From Dehalococcoidia bacterium SM23_28_2 (GTDB taxonomy: Bacteria; Chloroflexota; Dehalococcoidia; SM23-28-2): a stretch of DNA of 33,021 nt. The notes under the pieces are model-generated. The model made no database searches, was not told where the DNA came from, and was given only the letters and a program-made list of their open reading frames with translations. This document shows positions 7,811-17,131 of the stretch, piece by piece (positions within the stretch are counted from its first letter, which is position 1; every line of letters starts with the position of its first letter). The translations under genes and the position numbers were made by a program. The stretch spans positions 1-33,021 of the forward strand of contig LJUA01000018.1 in NCBI GenBank assembly GCA_001303545.1, read 5' to 3'.

Positions 7811-8245
7811 CTATTCATACCCCACTTCCGGGGAGAGGGCGATGGTACTGGGCATGAAGGTTCCGCTGCCGCGGGCGATTTCCCGACCGTCGGAGTCAAC
7901 CAAGACGGACTCCGCTATAAACAGGCGTGCGGAACGGTAGACTACCCGGCCGGTCGCCTTCATCTCCCCTTCCGAAATGGGGCGGGTGAAGTACAGGTTG
8001 AAGGAGGCGGTCAGCACAAAGACGTCGTCAACCAGCGAGCTGACGGCGAAGAAAGCGGCGTCATCGAGCGCTTTGAAGTACACCAGGCCGTGGACGGCAC
8101 CGCCTGCGTGAAAGAACTCCGAGCGGACAGGGATGGTCACCTCCGCACGCCCTTCGCTCACTCGCATCGTCGGGGCGTAGTACTTGTTCACCGGCGCCGA
8201 GGCATACATCCGCTCCAGCTTTCGGTAATGCTCTTCCTTGGTCAA
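7811..8245 (-). CDS. PaaI-family hotdog-fold thioesterase
   Basis: HAGGAVHGLVYFKALDDA and TASFNLYFTRP motifs; start placed at TTG 8245 behind AGAAGGAGG. Confidence 0.85.
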   Translation of the reverse strand: MTKEEHYRKLERMYASAPVNKYYAPTMRVSEGRAEVTIPVRSEFFHAGGAVHGLVYFKALDDAAFFAVSSLVDDVFVLTASFNLYFTRPISEGEMKATGRVVYRSARLFIAESVLVDSDGREIARGSGTFMPSTIALSPEVGYE

Positions 8246-8378
8246 CTCGTACCTCCTTCTACGTGCGGCCAGTGCTGCGCGGACTGTGGACTCGATTGCG
8301 CCCCGGTGTGGGTTCATTGCCGGGGCCGTTCTCGACGCTCGCCGCTGGCAGCAAGCATAAGGCCGAGTGAACGATTCG

Positions 8379-11375
8379 CTACGGGTTCGGAAGTGGTGGT
8401 TTCTGGGTGGGGGCGAAGCCGTGGCGCATCGTGTTCTCGGTTACGGTGCGGGGCTCCATGAACTGCCGGAGGTAGTCAGGCCCGCCGGCCTTGGAGCCGA
8501 TGCCGGACATGGCGAAACCGCCGAACGGCTGGCGGGCGACCATGGCACCCGTGCAGCCGCGGTTGATATACAGGTTGCCGACCCGGAACCGCTGGCGGGC
8601 CAGCTCGATGTGAGAGCCGCTGCGGCTGTAGAATGAGCCGGTCAGCGCATATGGCGTATCGACGGCGATCTCGATGGCTTCCTCCACGCTCGAGGCGCGC
8701 AGCACGGCCAGTACGGGGCCAAAGATCTCCTCCTGGGCGATGACGGCCTGCGGGTCCACCTCGCCGAAGATGGTCGGAGCGACGTAGTAGCCTCCGTCCT
8801 CGGGGGGCGTGCCCTCGAATAGGACGGACGCCTCGCCGCGGCCGATCTCGATGTAGCGTTCGATTCCGGCCTTGGCCTCGTCGGTGATCACCGGCGGCAC
8901 AAATACGGCGGGGTCTTCGGCCGGCCCGACACGCAGGCTGCGGGTGGCCTCGACAACCCTTGAGAGCAGGCGGTCGTATATGGCGTCCAGGGCGATGACG
9001 CGGCTGCAGGCGCTGCACTTCTGGCCGGCGTAGCCGAAAGCGCTCTTCACGATGCCAAGGACGGCCTGATCGAGGTCGGCGTCGTCATCGACGATGATGG
9101 CGTTCTTGCCGCCCATTTCGGCGATGATCTTCTTGATCCCTCTCTGGCCCTCTTTCGTCTGTCCGGCCTTCTCCACGATCCACAGGCCCACCTCGCGGCT
9201 GCCGGTGAAGGCGATCATGTCCACGTCGGGATGCTCCACGAGCGTCGCTCCCAGCGCGCCGCCAGGCCCGGGCAGGAACTGGACTACGCCAGGCGGCGCT
9301 CCCGCGCGGCAGAGGATCTCGATCAGGCGGGCGGCGATCCGCGGCGCCGGACTCGCCGGCTTGAGGATGACCGTGTTCCCGGTCACGAGCGCCGCCGTGA
9401 ACATCCCGCAGGGGATGGCCAGCGGGAAATTCCAGGGGGAGATGATCGCCGCTACGCCGCGGGGCTGATAGCGGTAGTCGTTATACTCTCCGGGCAGGGA
9501 GAGCAACTCCTGGGGATCGCCCAGGGCGACCGCTTCGCGGGCGTAGTACTCCAGATAGTCGATGGACTCGCTGACATCGGCGTCGGCCTCTCGCCAGGAC
9601 TTGGCCTCTTCCAGGACCTCGATGGCGGCCAGATCATGGCGCTCGCGGCGCATGATGGCCGCCGCGTCGAATAGCACCTGTGCGCGCTCTCTTGCCGATC
9701 GGTCTCGCCAGGCTGGGAAGGCCTGTCTGGCAGCCTCGATCGCCTGGCGGGTGAGATCGTCGTCCGCCTGTCCCACGTCGCAGATGACCTCGTCGGGGCA
9801 GGCCGGGTTCACGCTCGGCTGCCGATCGGAGCTTTTCACGTAGTCGCCAGCCACGAGCGGGTCGCAGGTCTCGGGAAGGCGGGCCCTGAGCTGTTCGATG
9901 GCAAAGGCGAAATCCTGGCGCTCGCGCGTCGTGTGGAAGGCGGTATCGGGCACGTTGCGGAACGGACCGGGGACGTCGGTCGGCCGGACACGGGGGATGG
10001 CCGCCGAGGGTGGTCCCGCGGCTGGCGTCACTGCTGGCGGGGCCAGCAACTCGGGGATGGGGGCTCTCTCCTCGAACAGCTCGAAGAGCCAGGACTGGCT
10101 GGAGGCGTTCTCCAGCAGCCGTCTCACAAGGTAGCCCATGCCGGGGATGAGCTCGCCCACCGGCGTGTAGATGCGCACTCGCTCGTAGGAGGCGATGGCC
10201 GCCTGCAGCGCCTCTGCCATTCCATACAGAAGCTGGAACTCGAGGGCACGAGGAGGCAGCCCTCGCTGCCGCGCGGACACCATGGCGTGCGCGACGGAGC
10301 GCGCATTGTGGGTGCCGAAGGCGGGAAGCAGGTGAGGGTAGGCGTCGAGGAGGGCCTCCGTGCAGCGCTCGAAGTTGGCATCCGTCTCCGCCTTGCTCTC
10401 GAATACAGGGACGGGCCAGCCGTGCTGCGAGTTGACTATCCGCTCCTCATCCCAGTAGGCCCCCTTGACCAGCCGGATCGTCAGTGGGGCGCCGCGGGCC
10501 TTGGCAAACTCCGCCAGTCCGCGAAGGTCATCGAGGGTCTCAAACAGGTAGGTCTGCAAAGCTACGCCCACGTGCGGGTAGCTGACCAACTCCTGCTCCG
10601 CTAGAAGGTCGCGGAGGATGCGCAGCGTCAGCTCCTTGTGCTCGTACTGCTCCATATCAACATTGACGAAGGCCCCGGCTTCCACGGCTCGGCGCATGAT
10701 CGGGCGAATGCGTTCGCGAACCCGCTCACCGGTGTCGTCCGGCGCGGCCGAGTTGAACTGGGAGTAGAGCGATGTCAGCTTGATGGACACGTTGAGGCGG
10801 GGGACGGTGCCCCACGGCGCCTCGTCGAGGGCGGGGTTGGCAGGCCAGGCGCGGACAACCCGGTCGAGCGTGTCGAGGAGCTCGAGGTAGCGGGCCTGGT
10901 ATTCGTCCGCCTCGGCCTCGCTCACCGTGGCCTCGCCCAGCAGGTCCAGCGAGAAGCCGAGGCCGTCTGCGTGCAGTTTCTCCAGGACGGGCACGGCTTC
11001 CTGGGCCGTGCGACCGGCTATGAAGCGCTGGCCGACCTCAAGGACACTGCGCTGGACGAGATGGGCGAGGACGGGCCGGGTCAGTGCGCTGGAGGCGAGG
11101 GCGGTGCCTATCCGGCGGGGGAGCAGGCTGAGCTCCTCGCCGCCGAAGTAGTCGCGGAAGTGGCTGACTATGGCATCTTCGTCCTGGAGCATGGGGAACA
11201 CGTCGACGAAGCGCAGCACCTGCGTCTTGAGCGCCTCCTCGGCCACCGCCCGACGAAGGAGTTGCTCGTACCACCACTCGCCCTCCCAGAGGTGGGGGCG
11301 ATGGCGGTCCATCACTTCGATCAGGTCGCGTCCCAGACGGTAGATCTCTTGCTCGGTCTCGTGGCTGGTCGTCAC
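8379..11375 (-). CDS. putA: Bifunctional proline dehydrogenase / glutamate-gamma-semialdehyde (P5C) dehydrogenase
   Basis: RFVDVFP, DLLGE, VDMEQ, RLVKGAYWD, YLVRRLLEN (PRODH) plus PWNFP, FTGS, EMGGKN, GQKCSA, EEIFGP (ALDH). Confidence 0.95.
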   Translation of the reverse strand: MTTSHETEQEIYRLGRDLIEVMDRHRPHLWEGEWWYEQLLRRAVAEEALKTQVLRFVDVFPMLQDEDAIVSHFRDYFGGEELSLLPRRIGTALASSALTRPVLAHLVQRSVLEVGQRFIAGRTAQEAVPVLEKLHADGLGFSLDLLGEATVSEAEADEYQARYLELLDTLDRVVRAWPANPALDEAPWGTVPRLNVSIKLTSLYSQFNSAAPDDTGERVRERIRPIMRRAVEAGAFVNVDMEQYEHKELTLRILRDLLAEQELVSYPHVGVALQTYLFETLDDLRGLAEFAKARGAPLTIRLVKGAYWDEERIVNSQHGWPVPVFESKAETDANFERCTEALLDAYPHLLPAFGTHNARSVAHAMVSARQRGLPPRALEFQLLYGMAEALQAAIASYERVRIYTPVGELIPGMGYLVRRLLENASSQSWLFELFEERAPIPELLAPPAVTPAAGPPSAAIPRVRPTDVPGPFRNVPDTAFHTTRERQDFAFAIEQLRARLPETCDPLVAGDYVKSSDRQPSVNPACPDEVICDVGQADDDLTRQAIEAARQAFPAWRDRSARERAQVLFDAAAIMRRERHDLAAIEVLEEAKSWREADADVSESIDYLEYYAREAVALGDPQELLSLPGEYNDYRYQPRGVAAIISPWNFPLAIPCGMFTAALVTGNTVILKPASPAPRIAARLIEILCRAGAPPGVVQFLPGPGGALGATLVEHPDVDMIAFTGSREVGLWIVEKAGQTKEGQRGIKKIIAEMGGKNAIIVDDDADLDQAVLGIVKSAFGYAGQKCSACSRVIALDAIYDRLLSRVVEATRSLRVGPAEDPAVFVPPVITDEAKAGIERYIEIGRGEASVLFEGTPPEDGGYYVAPTIFGEVDPQAVIAQEEIFGPVLAVLRASSVEEAIEIAVDTPYALTGSFYSRSGSHIELARQRFRVGNLYINRGCTGAMVARQPFGGFAMSGIGSKAGGPDYLRQFMEPRTVTENTMRHGFAPTQKPPLPNP

Positions 11376-11538
11376 TCTGTCTCACCCAAACAAAGGCGTG
11401 GAGCGCCTACTCTTTTGTTTTAGGCCGATTATACACCGGCTTCCTATTAGGCGCGATTGTGCCGGCTATCTGCAGTTCTGTGAGTAAGACGCTTCTGAAA
11501 CCCAGGTGTTTCGGCGGCTGGCCTGTGGAGACAAGATG

Positions 11539-11570
11539 AGGTGGTCGCCTACTTCGCGAGGCGACCACCT
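11539..11570 (-). terminator. Perfect 12-bp hairpin, likely terminator downstream of the repeat-protein gene
   Basis: AGGTGGTCGCCT-N8-AGGCGACCACCT; weak U tract on the minus strand. Confidence 0.45.
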
Positions 11571-11684
11571 GGCTGAGTGGCGCTATCGGTGTCTGGTCTC
11601 GATTCTTGCCGCAACGGCAGGATCGGCGCGGGCGATGAATGCGTCCGCCGAGAGGGGGGGACTAGCCGATGGGGCCGCGGGCTA

Positions 11685-12260
11685 TTACTTCTCTTTGTCG
11701 CCCTTGAAGGGCTCGCGGAGGACGACCTTGACGCCAGAGATCGTGCCGGTGACCACGTTGCGCACCTGCTCCACGGCGGTGCTGCTGACCTTGCCGGCGC
11801 CCTTGATGGCGCCGCTGGCCGCTGCCGAGGCAGCCTCTTCGGCACTCATGCCGACCTCTTTGGCGCCTTGGATGGCTCCTTCCACTGCGCCCTTGGCCGC
11901 CGATGCCATGTCGCCGCCCACGTCGCCGACGGCCTTCACCGCCGCCTCCGCGCTGGCGCTGATCGCCTCCACCGAGCCGGTGGCGATCTCCTTGGTTCCT
12001 CTGATCACGCCGAGAACCGCATTCTTGGAGGCAATGCCCACGTCGCCGCCGACCTCCGCCACGCCCTTCACCGCCGCGCTGACCGTGTCGAAGATGAGCC
12101 CTAGCGTCTCGTTGGTGATCGCCCGCACACCTTTGAGAGCGCTCACCAGAGTGCCGCTGACGGTATCGACCACCGCTTGGGCCACGTCTCCGACGCCGCG
12201 GATGGCGCTCACGACGCCGTCCTTCACCGAATCGAATATGCTCTTCTTCTCCTCAGCCAT
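11685..12260 (-). CDS. Ala/Gly/Val-rich protein with 11/22-residue amphipathic repeats
   Basis: GGAGGTG RBS then ATG 12260; units such as AVKGVAEVGGDVGIASKNAVLG and AVKAVGDVGGDMASAAKGAVEG. Confidence 0.75.
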   Translation of the reverse strand: MAEEKKSIFDSVKDGVVSAIRGVGDVAQAVVDTVSGTLVSALKGVRAITNETLGLIFDTVSAAVKGVAEVGGDVGIASKNAVLGVIRGTKEIATGSVEAISASAEAAVKAVGDVGGDMASAAKGAVEGAIQGAKEVGMSAEEAASAAASGAIKGAGKVSSTAVEQVRNVVTGTISGVKVVLREPFKGDKEK

Positions 12261-12315
12261 CACAAGCACCTCCACTTACTTGACCGATTACAGCCCATGC
12301 GAGATTTGCGAATCT

Positions 12316-12344
12316 AGCTTAACGAAGGGCACCGATCTTGTCAA
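12316..12344 (-). promoter_or_regulatory. Putative sigma70-type promoter
   Basis: TTGACA-N17-TAAGCT on the minus strand upstream of ATG 12260. Confidence 0.55.
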
Positions 12345-12361
12345 ACGCCACGCTGAGGCCA

Positions 12362-13178
12362 TCACAGGTGGGCCTTGTACCACTCGATGGCCTCGCCGCA
12401 GGTGCGCTCCATGCCCTCGCCTTCATAGCACTGGAAGTGGGTGACCCCCTCCACGAGCACGAACTTCTTCGGGTTGCCGGCGCGCTCGTACATGCGCTTG
12501 AGCTCGTCCGCCGGACAGATGACGTCGTGCTCAGCGGCGATGATCAGCAGGGCCCGGGGCGCAATACGGTCCACCACCGATATCGGGCTGAACTCGAGAT
12601 GCGCTTCCACGTACTGGAGGAGGATCTGGGTCTTGAGGTGGGGCATGGACGTACATCCCTCGTCCGGTCAGCACCCGCTGCCTGCGGTCTTGTTCGATCC
12701 CCCCCTTCAGCGCCTCCACCTGCTGGGGGTTCAGGGTGCGGGTAGCGGAGGTGAGGCCGTCGGCGATGCCGATCTGGGCCACCACCGCCTTCACCCGCTG
12801 GTCGAAGGCCGCGGCGTAGACCACCAGCCCACAACCGTAGGATGTCCCCCACAGGCCGATCCGCTGGGGGTCTACCTCCGACCGGCTGCGGACGTAGGTC
12901 ACGGCATTGCGGATGTCCTCCGCCTGCTCCAGGGCCAGCAACCTGCCCCGCTGGCCCTCGCTGGTGCCGAAGCCGCGGTAGTCGAAGGTGAGGGCAACCC
13001 ATCCCTGGTCGGCGAACCGCTCGGCGTACGCCGGGAGGATCTGCTCCTTGACGCCGGTGAAGCCGTGGGCCAGTACCACCGCCGGCCTTTGCTCCCCTTC
13101 CTTGCGGTCATCGGGAAGGTACAGGTGCGCGGACAGCCGGCACCCCTCTGAGTAGAAGGCGACATCTTCTCGCTTCAT
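12362..13178 (-). pseudogene. Alpha/beta hydrolase split by a frameshift near 12648
   Basis: N-terminal part (HGFTG, FDYRGFG, WGTSYG nucleophile elbow) in frame 12531..13178; acid and His region (AEHDVI...THFQCY) in frame 12362..12646. Confidence 0.8.
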
Positions 13179-13382
13179 GGTGTCTCCTCCGATTGAACGT
13201 CATCGACCCGATTTTGGGTTGGAGACCGGATAGGGCGGGCTCAACCCTAAACGATACTAGAGTGAGCGCCGTAGAAACAGGGGTGACACCTAGAAGCGTG
13301 GCGTCATGCGCACTACCGGAGTGCTGGCGCCTGGGCTGCTAATCGTCTGACAGGCTGGGGGCGCTACTTGTGATTCCGCCTA

Positions 13383-13661
13383 TCAGCGGCTCATAGGCAA
13401 AGCACACAGCTCGCCGGAAGGCTGCCATACCATCATCGTTCCGGCTGAGCCATTGTCCCGGTCTAGCCAGGAGCTGCCGGCGAAAACGGGCTGTCCTCGT
13501 GGCCGAAGGTGCTTCGGCTCCAGCTCAAGGGGGTCAAACTCGTAGCCACAGTTCTCGCAGGCGTAGAAGGGCCCCCACATATCGGATAGTTCGAATAGAG
13601 AACTAGCACAATGGGGACAAGTCCCGGCAGAAATCAGCGCTGAGTGACGCATCGAAACCAT
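13383..13661 (-). CDS. Small zinc-ribbon protein (CPHC...CENC)
   Basis: GGGAAGGGGAAGGA purine run before ATG 13661; two CxxC motifs with DMWGPFY spacer. Confidence 0.55.
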   Translation of the reverse strand: MVSMRHSALISAGTCPHCASSLFELSDMWGPFYACENCGYEFDPLELEPKHLRPRGQPVFAGSSWLDRDNGSAGTMMVWQPSGELCALPMSR

Positions 13662-13826
13662 TCCTTCCCCTTCCCGTGAACGACCGAATGATGGGCCGGT
13701 TTCAGGGCGGCAACCCCCGTCTGGACGCAAGCCAACATCAACCGCTGCATCCCCCCGGCCTTCCACCTCAGGTTACCGGCACGCATAGTTAAGCTTGTTG
13801 GGGCTTACATCGCGTGCACAACGAGA

Positions 13827-13852
13827 GACGCTAGAAGTCCTGTGGATGTTAC
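13827..13852 (-). promoter_or_regulatory. Putative ECF sigma promoter upstream of the Zn-ribbon gene
   Basis: GTAAC-N17-CGTC; a second TGAAAC-N16-CGTT lies at 13679-13704. Confidence 0.4.
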
Positions 13853-14004
13853 GAAGATCTGGCACTTAAGGGTTTCATAGTGGTGAAAATGGAGGTGGTC
13901 TACCATTCAGTGCCGGCCGCCGGCTGCGCCGCGCGTAGACGACGGTGGTAGTGATATACTGCTCTCCACAGCCCTCAAGCTGAATCGAGAGCAGGGAGGC
14001 CGCG

Positions 14005-14664
14005 ATGGGCGCCTTGTTCCTTCTTGTTCGCCTTCTGGTTGTCGCCTGGGCGGTGATATCCGCCCTGTGGCTGTACCTGCTCGCCCAGCGGTACAAGGGC
14101 ACTCGCGCCTGCCCCTACGCCGGGCGCTGGATCCTGGACAATCTGCCCCGGCGAGTGATCCAGCCGGTGCGCTCGACGGTCGACAGCTTTCACGTAGCCG
14201 AGGGTCAGACCGTCCTCGAGCTGGGCCCGGGCTCCGGCTATTTCAGCGTCGAGGTCGCCCGCAGGGTTGGCCAAGAGGGACGGCTGGTGTGCGTGGACAT
14301 CCAGCCGAAGATGATAGAAGCGCTTCGCCGCCGTCTGCTGCGAGAGGGGGTCGCCAACGTCATGCCGATGGTGGGGAATGCGTTGGCCTTGCCCCTGGCC
14401 GATCGCTCGGTTGACCGCGCCTTCCTGGTCACCGTCCTGGGAGAGGTTCCCGATCGGCCGAGGACGCTGGCCGAGCTTCGGCGCGTGCTCAAGCTGGGCG
14501 GCATCCTATCGGTCACTGAGACCCTGCCGGACCCCGACTATCAGTTCCCGGATGTCGTGCGCGATCTCTGCCTGGCGAGCGGCTTCAGGTTGGTGGAGCA
14601 CCGTCGGCACCTTCTGGGCTTCACGATGAACTTCGCCGCAGACGAAGGGGCTCCTGCTCCCTGA
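14005..14664 (+). CDS. Class I SAM-dependent methyltransferase with N-terminal TM anchor
   Basis: VLELGPGSG motif I, VDIQ, LPLADRSVD, RVLKLGG; GGGAGG RBS; TGATATACT extended -10 at 13952-13960. Confidence 0.88.
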   Translation: MGALFLLVRLLVVAWAVISALWLYLLAQRYKGTRACPYAGRWILDNLPRRVIQPVRSTVDSFHVAEGQTVLELGPGSGYFSVEVARRVGQEGRLVCVDIQPKMIEALRRRLLREGVANVMPMVGNALALPLADRSVDRAFLVTVLGEVPDRPRTLAELRRVLKLGGILSVTETLPDPDYQFPDVVRDLCLASGFRLVEHRRHLLGFTMNFAADEGAPAP

Positions 14665-14788
14665 CCCTGCGGGCGGTGAACGCTCCCAACCGACGCGACC
14701 CCTGGCCGCTTCTGTGCTAGATTGACATCCTGAGAGGGGCGGTGAGCGGCGTCTTCCCTGTCTTGGGTAGACAACAGGAGGTTGAAAG

Positions 14789-15970
14789 TTGAGCACGCAA
14801 GTGAACCATACAGCCAGGCTCAAGAAGATCCAGGCCAGGATGGATGAGCAAGATATCGATGTATTGATCGCCACCAGGCTAAGCACCGTGGGGTACGTCT
14901 TCGGCGCCTTCGTTCCCTGGCGGGGCGTCGCCGTCATCCCCCGCGAGGGCGAGCCGCAGCTATACGTGGTGGGCCTCGATGCCGAACGCGTGAGGGACGA
15001 CAGCTTCTTCAAGAACGTGGCCGCTGCCGCTCCCCTGCCGGGGATGGTTCTGTGGGACCAGATTGTCTCCTATCTCAGAGGCAGGGGGCTGGAGAAAGCG
15101 CGGATAGGGGTCGAGCTGGGCCACTCACCGATCAGGATAGAGACGTTTCTGCTGGCCAGCGAGTACGAGCTCCTGAGGGAGGCCTTCCCCCAGGCCACCT
15201 TCAAGAACGCCACCCACCTTTTGAACGAGATATTCATCATCAAGGATGAGGCCGAGGTCGAGTCCTTCAGGCGGGCGGCCGAGATCTGTGATTTGGGGCT
15301 GGGAGTAGTGCTCAAGGAGCTGAGGGTGGGCATGACGGAGACGGAGGTGGCGGGCATCGCCGAATACGCCATGCGGAAGGCCGGCAGCGAGCTCAACTGG
15401 ACGTTTACCGGCGGCCAGGAGATAGGCTCCGGCCATCGAGCGGCCTACTACTGGGGAGGCTGCACTCCGCCTACCAGGAAGCGGATCGAGCGCGGCGACC
15501 ACGTGATCCTCGATGTGCACGCCATGTACAACCTGTGCCTGGGAGACCTGGCTCGCAATGCCATAATGGGTCAGCCCACGGCCGAGCAGCAGGAGCTATC
15601 GGATGTCTTTGTCGCTGCCTGCAACCTGTTGCTGGAGAACCTGAAGCCGGGGGCAACATACGGCGAGGTGGCGGACAAGGTGGACGCCTTCTTGGATAGA
15701 ACGGGCTACAGGCAGTATGCTCTGCCGGGCTACGGCCATGGGATAGGCATACTGGGCAACGAATGGTTCCCGGTGGTGATGAATTCCGATGTGCCCTACG
15801 AGTCGAAGGGAGACCTGGTGCTCCAACCGAACATGATAGAGATCGCCGCCCTGGTGCTGAACAAGCCGGGGGTAGGAGGGCTCCGGATGGAGATGTCGGT
15901 GCTCATAACCAGGGACGGGAACGAGCCGTTGAACAAGGTGCCCTTCGAGCCGGCGGTCATCGAGCGGTAG
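14789..15970 (+). CDS. M24 family (Xaa-Pro peptidase / creatinase-like) protein
   Basis: Creatinase-like N-domain, IKDEAE, GMTETEVA, ILD...GDLAR, GHGIG, GGLRME; AGGAGG RBS. Confidence 0.85.
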   Translation: MSTQVNHTARLKKIQARMDEQDIDVLIATRLSTVGYVFGAFVPWRGVAVIPREGEPQLYVVGLDAERVRDDSFFKNVAAAAPLPGMVLWDQIVSYLRGRGLEKARIGVELGHSPIRIETFLLASEYELLREAFPQATFKNATHLLNEIFIIKDEAEVESFRRAAEICDLGLGVVLKELRVGMTETEVAGIAEYAMRKAGSELNWTFTGGQEIGSGHRAAYYWGGCTPPTRKRIERGDHVILDVHAMYNLCLGDLARNAIMGQPTAEQQELSDVFVAACNLLLENLKPGATYGEVADKVDAFLDRTGYRQYALPGYGHGIGILGNEWFPVVMNSDVPYESKGDLVLQPNMIEIAALVLNKPGVGGLRMEMSVLITRDGNEPLNKVPFEPAVIER

Positions 15971-16000
15971 CCGTTAGAGCGGGCAGGAAGGGAGCAAGCC

Positions 16001-17092
16001 ATGCGATTCGTCGTGCTGGGCGGCGCAGGAGACATGGGCAATGAGGCAGTGCGCACCCTCGCCAATCATCCAGATGTGAGCGAGGTGATGGTGGCCGAGC
16101 TCAACCTGGCAGCGGCAGAGCAACTGGCCGCCGAGCTTGGCGGCCCTGTGCGGGCCTGCCGAGTGGATGCCACTGACCACCAGGCGCTGGTGGAAACCAT
16201 TCGGGGTTATGACGTGGCCCTCGGTTTTGTTGGCCCCTTTGTCTACTTTGAGGGGCCCGTGGCCCGGGCGGCCATCGACGCTGGTGTGCACTACGTTAGC
16301 ATCGCCGACGACTACGAGGCAGCACGGGAGGCCCTGGCGCTGGACGAGGCGGCCAAGAAGGCAGGGGTGGCGGTGCTCACCGGCTTGGGCAACTGCCCCG
16401 GCCTGACCAACCTGGTGGCCAAGAAGGGGGCCCAGGCCATGAGTCAGCCTCGCCGCATCCACATCGCCTGGTTTGGCGGCGCTGACGATGCCGGCGGCTA
16501 TGCCAACTATCGCCATGCAGTGCACATCTTCTGCGGCAAGGTGCCCTCCTTCCAGGGCGGGCGAGAAGTGCTGGTTCGCTCCGGCAGTGGCAGGGAGATA
16601 GTGCAGTTTCCGCCGCCCTGTGGTCGCCTGCCGGTCTACCACACTGGGCACGCCGAGCCGGTTACGATCCCCAAGAATATCGCCGGCCTGGAGACGGTGA
16701 CCCTCAAGGGCGGCATCTGGCCGGGCTGGCTTGCCCGGGCGGGCATCCTGCTGGAGCGCGTGGGCCTGGTGCGCGGCGACCGAAGTCAGAAATTCTGGGC
16801 CGACTTCTTCTATCGCCTCCTGCCGCGGCTTCCGAGCGGGAAGTGCACGGTATCTGGCTTTCGGGTCGACGTATACGGGGAGGAGAACGGCCGCCAGGCG
16901 CACCGCTGGTACACCTGCGTGGGGCGGATGAAGTGCATCACCAGCATCCCGGCTGCCCTGGGAGCAGTGACACTGGCCAGAGGGGAGATCAGTGAGCGGG
17001 GCGTCTTTGCCCCGGAGGCGGTTATCGACCCTGCGCCTTTCCTGGCCGAGCTGGAGCCGCTCGGCGTGAAGATCGAGGAACACGAGGGGTAG
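16001..17092 (+). CDS. Saccharopine dehydrogenase-family oxidoreductase
   Basis: VLGGAGDMG Rossmann motif, VGPF, GLGNCPGLTN, HAEP, GVFAPE. Confidence 0.85.
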   Translation: MRFVVLGGAGDMGNEAVRTLANHPDVSEVMVAELNLAAAEQLAAELGGPVRACRVDATDHQALVETIRGYDVALGFVGPFVYFEGPVARAAIDAGVHYVSIADDYEAAREALALDEAAKKAGVAVLTGLGNCPGLTNLVAKKGAQAMSQPRRIHIAWFGGADDAGGYANYRHAVHIFCGKVPSFQGGREVLVRSGSGREIVQFPPPCGRLPVYHTGHAEPVTIPKNIAGLETVTLKGGIWPGWLARAGILLERVGLVRGDRSQKFWADFFYRLLPRLPSGKCTVSGFRVDVYGEENGRQAHRWYTCVGRMKCITSIPAALGAVTLARGEISERGVFAPEAVIDPAPFLAELEPLGVKIEEHEG

Positions 17093-17131
17093 ATAGCCAA
17101 GACGCTGTTTGATGGTCAAGGAGGCATTGCC

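Noticed and set aside
7134-7940. 268-aa plus-strand ORF
   Set aside because: Overlaps two better-supported minus-strand genes and has no recognisable motifs
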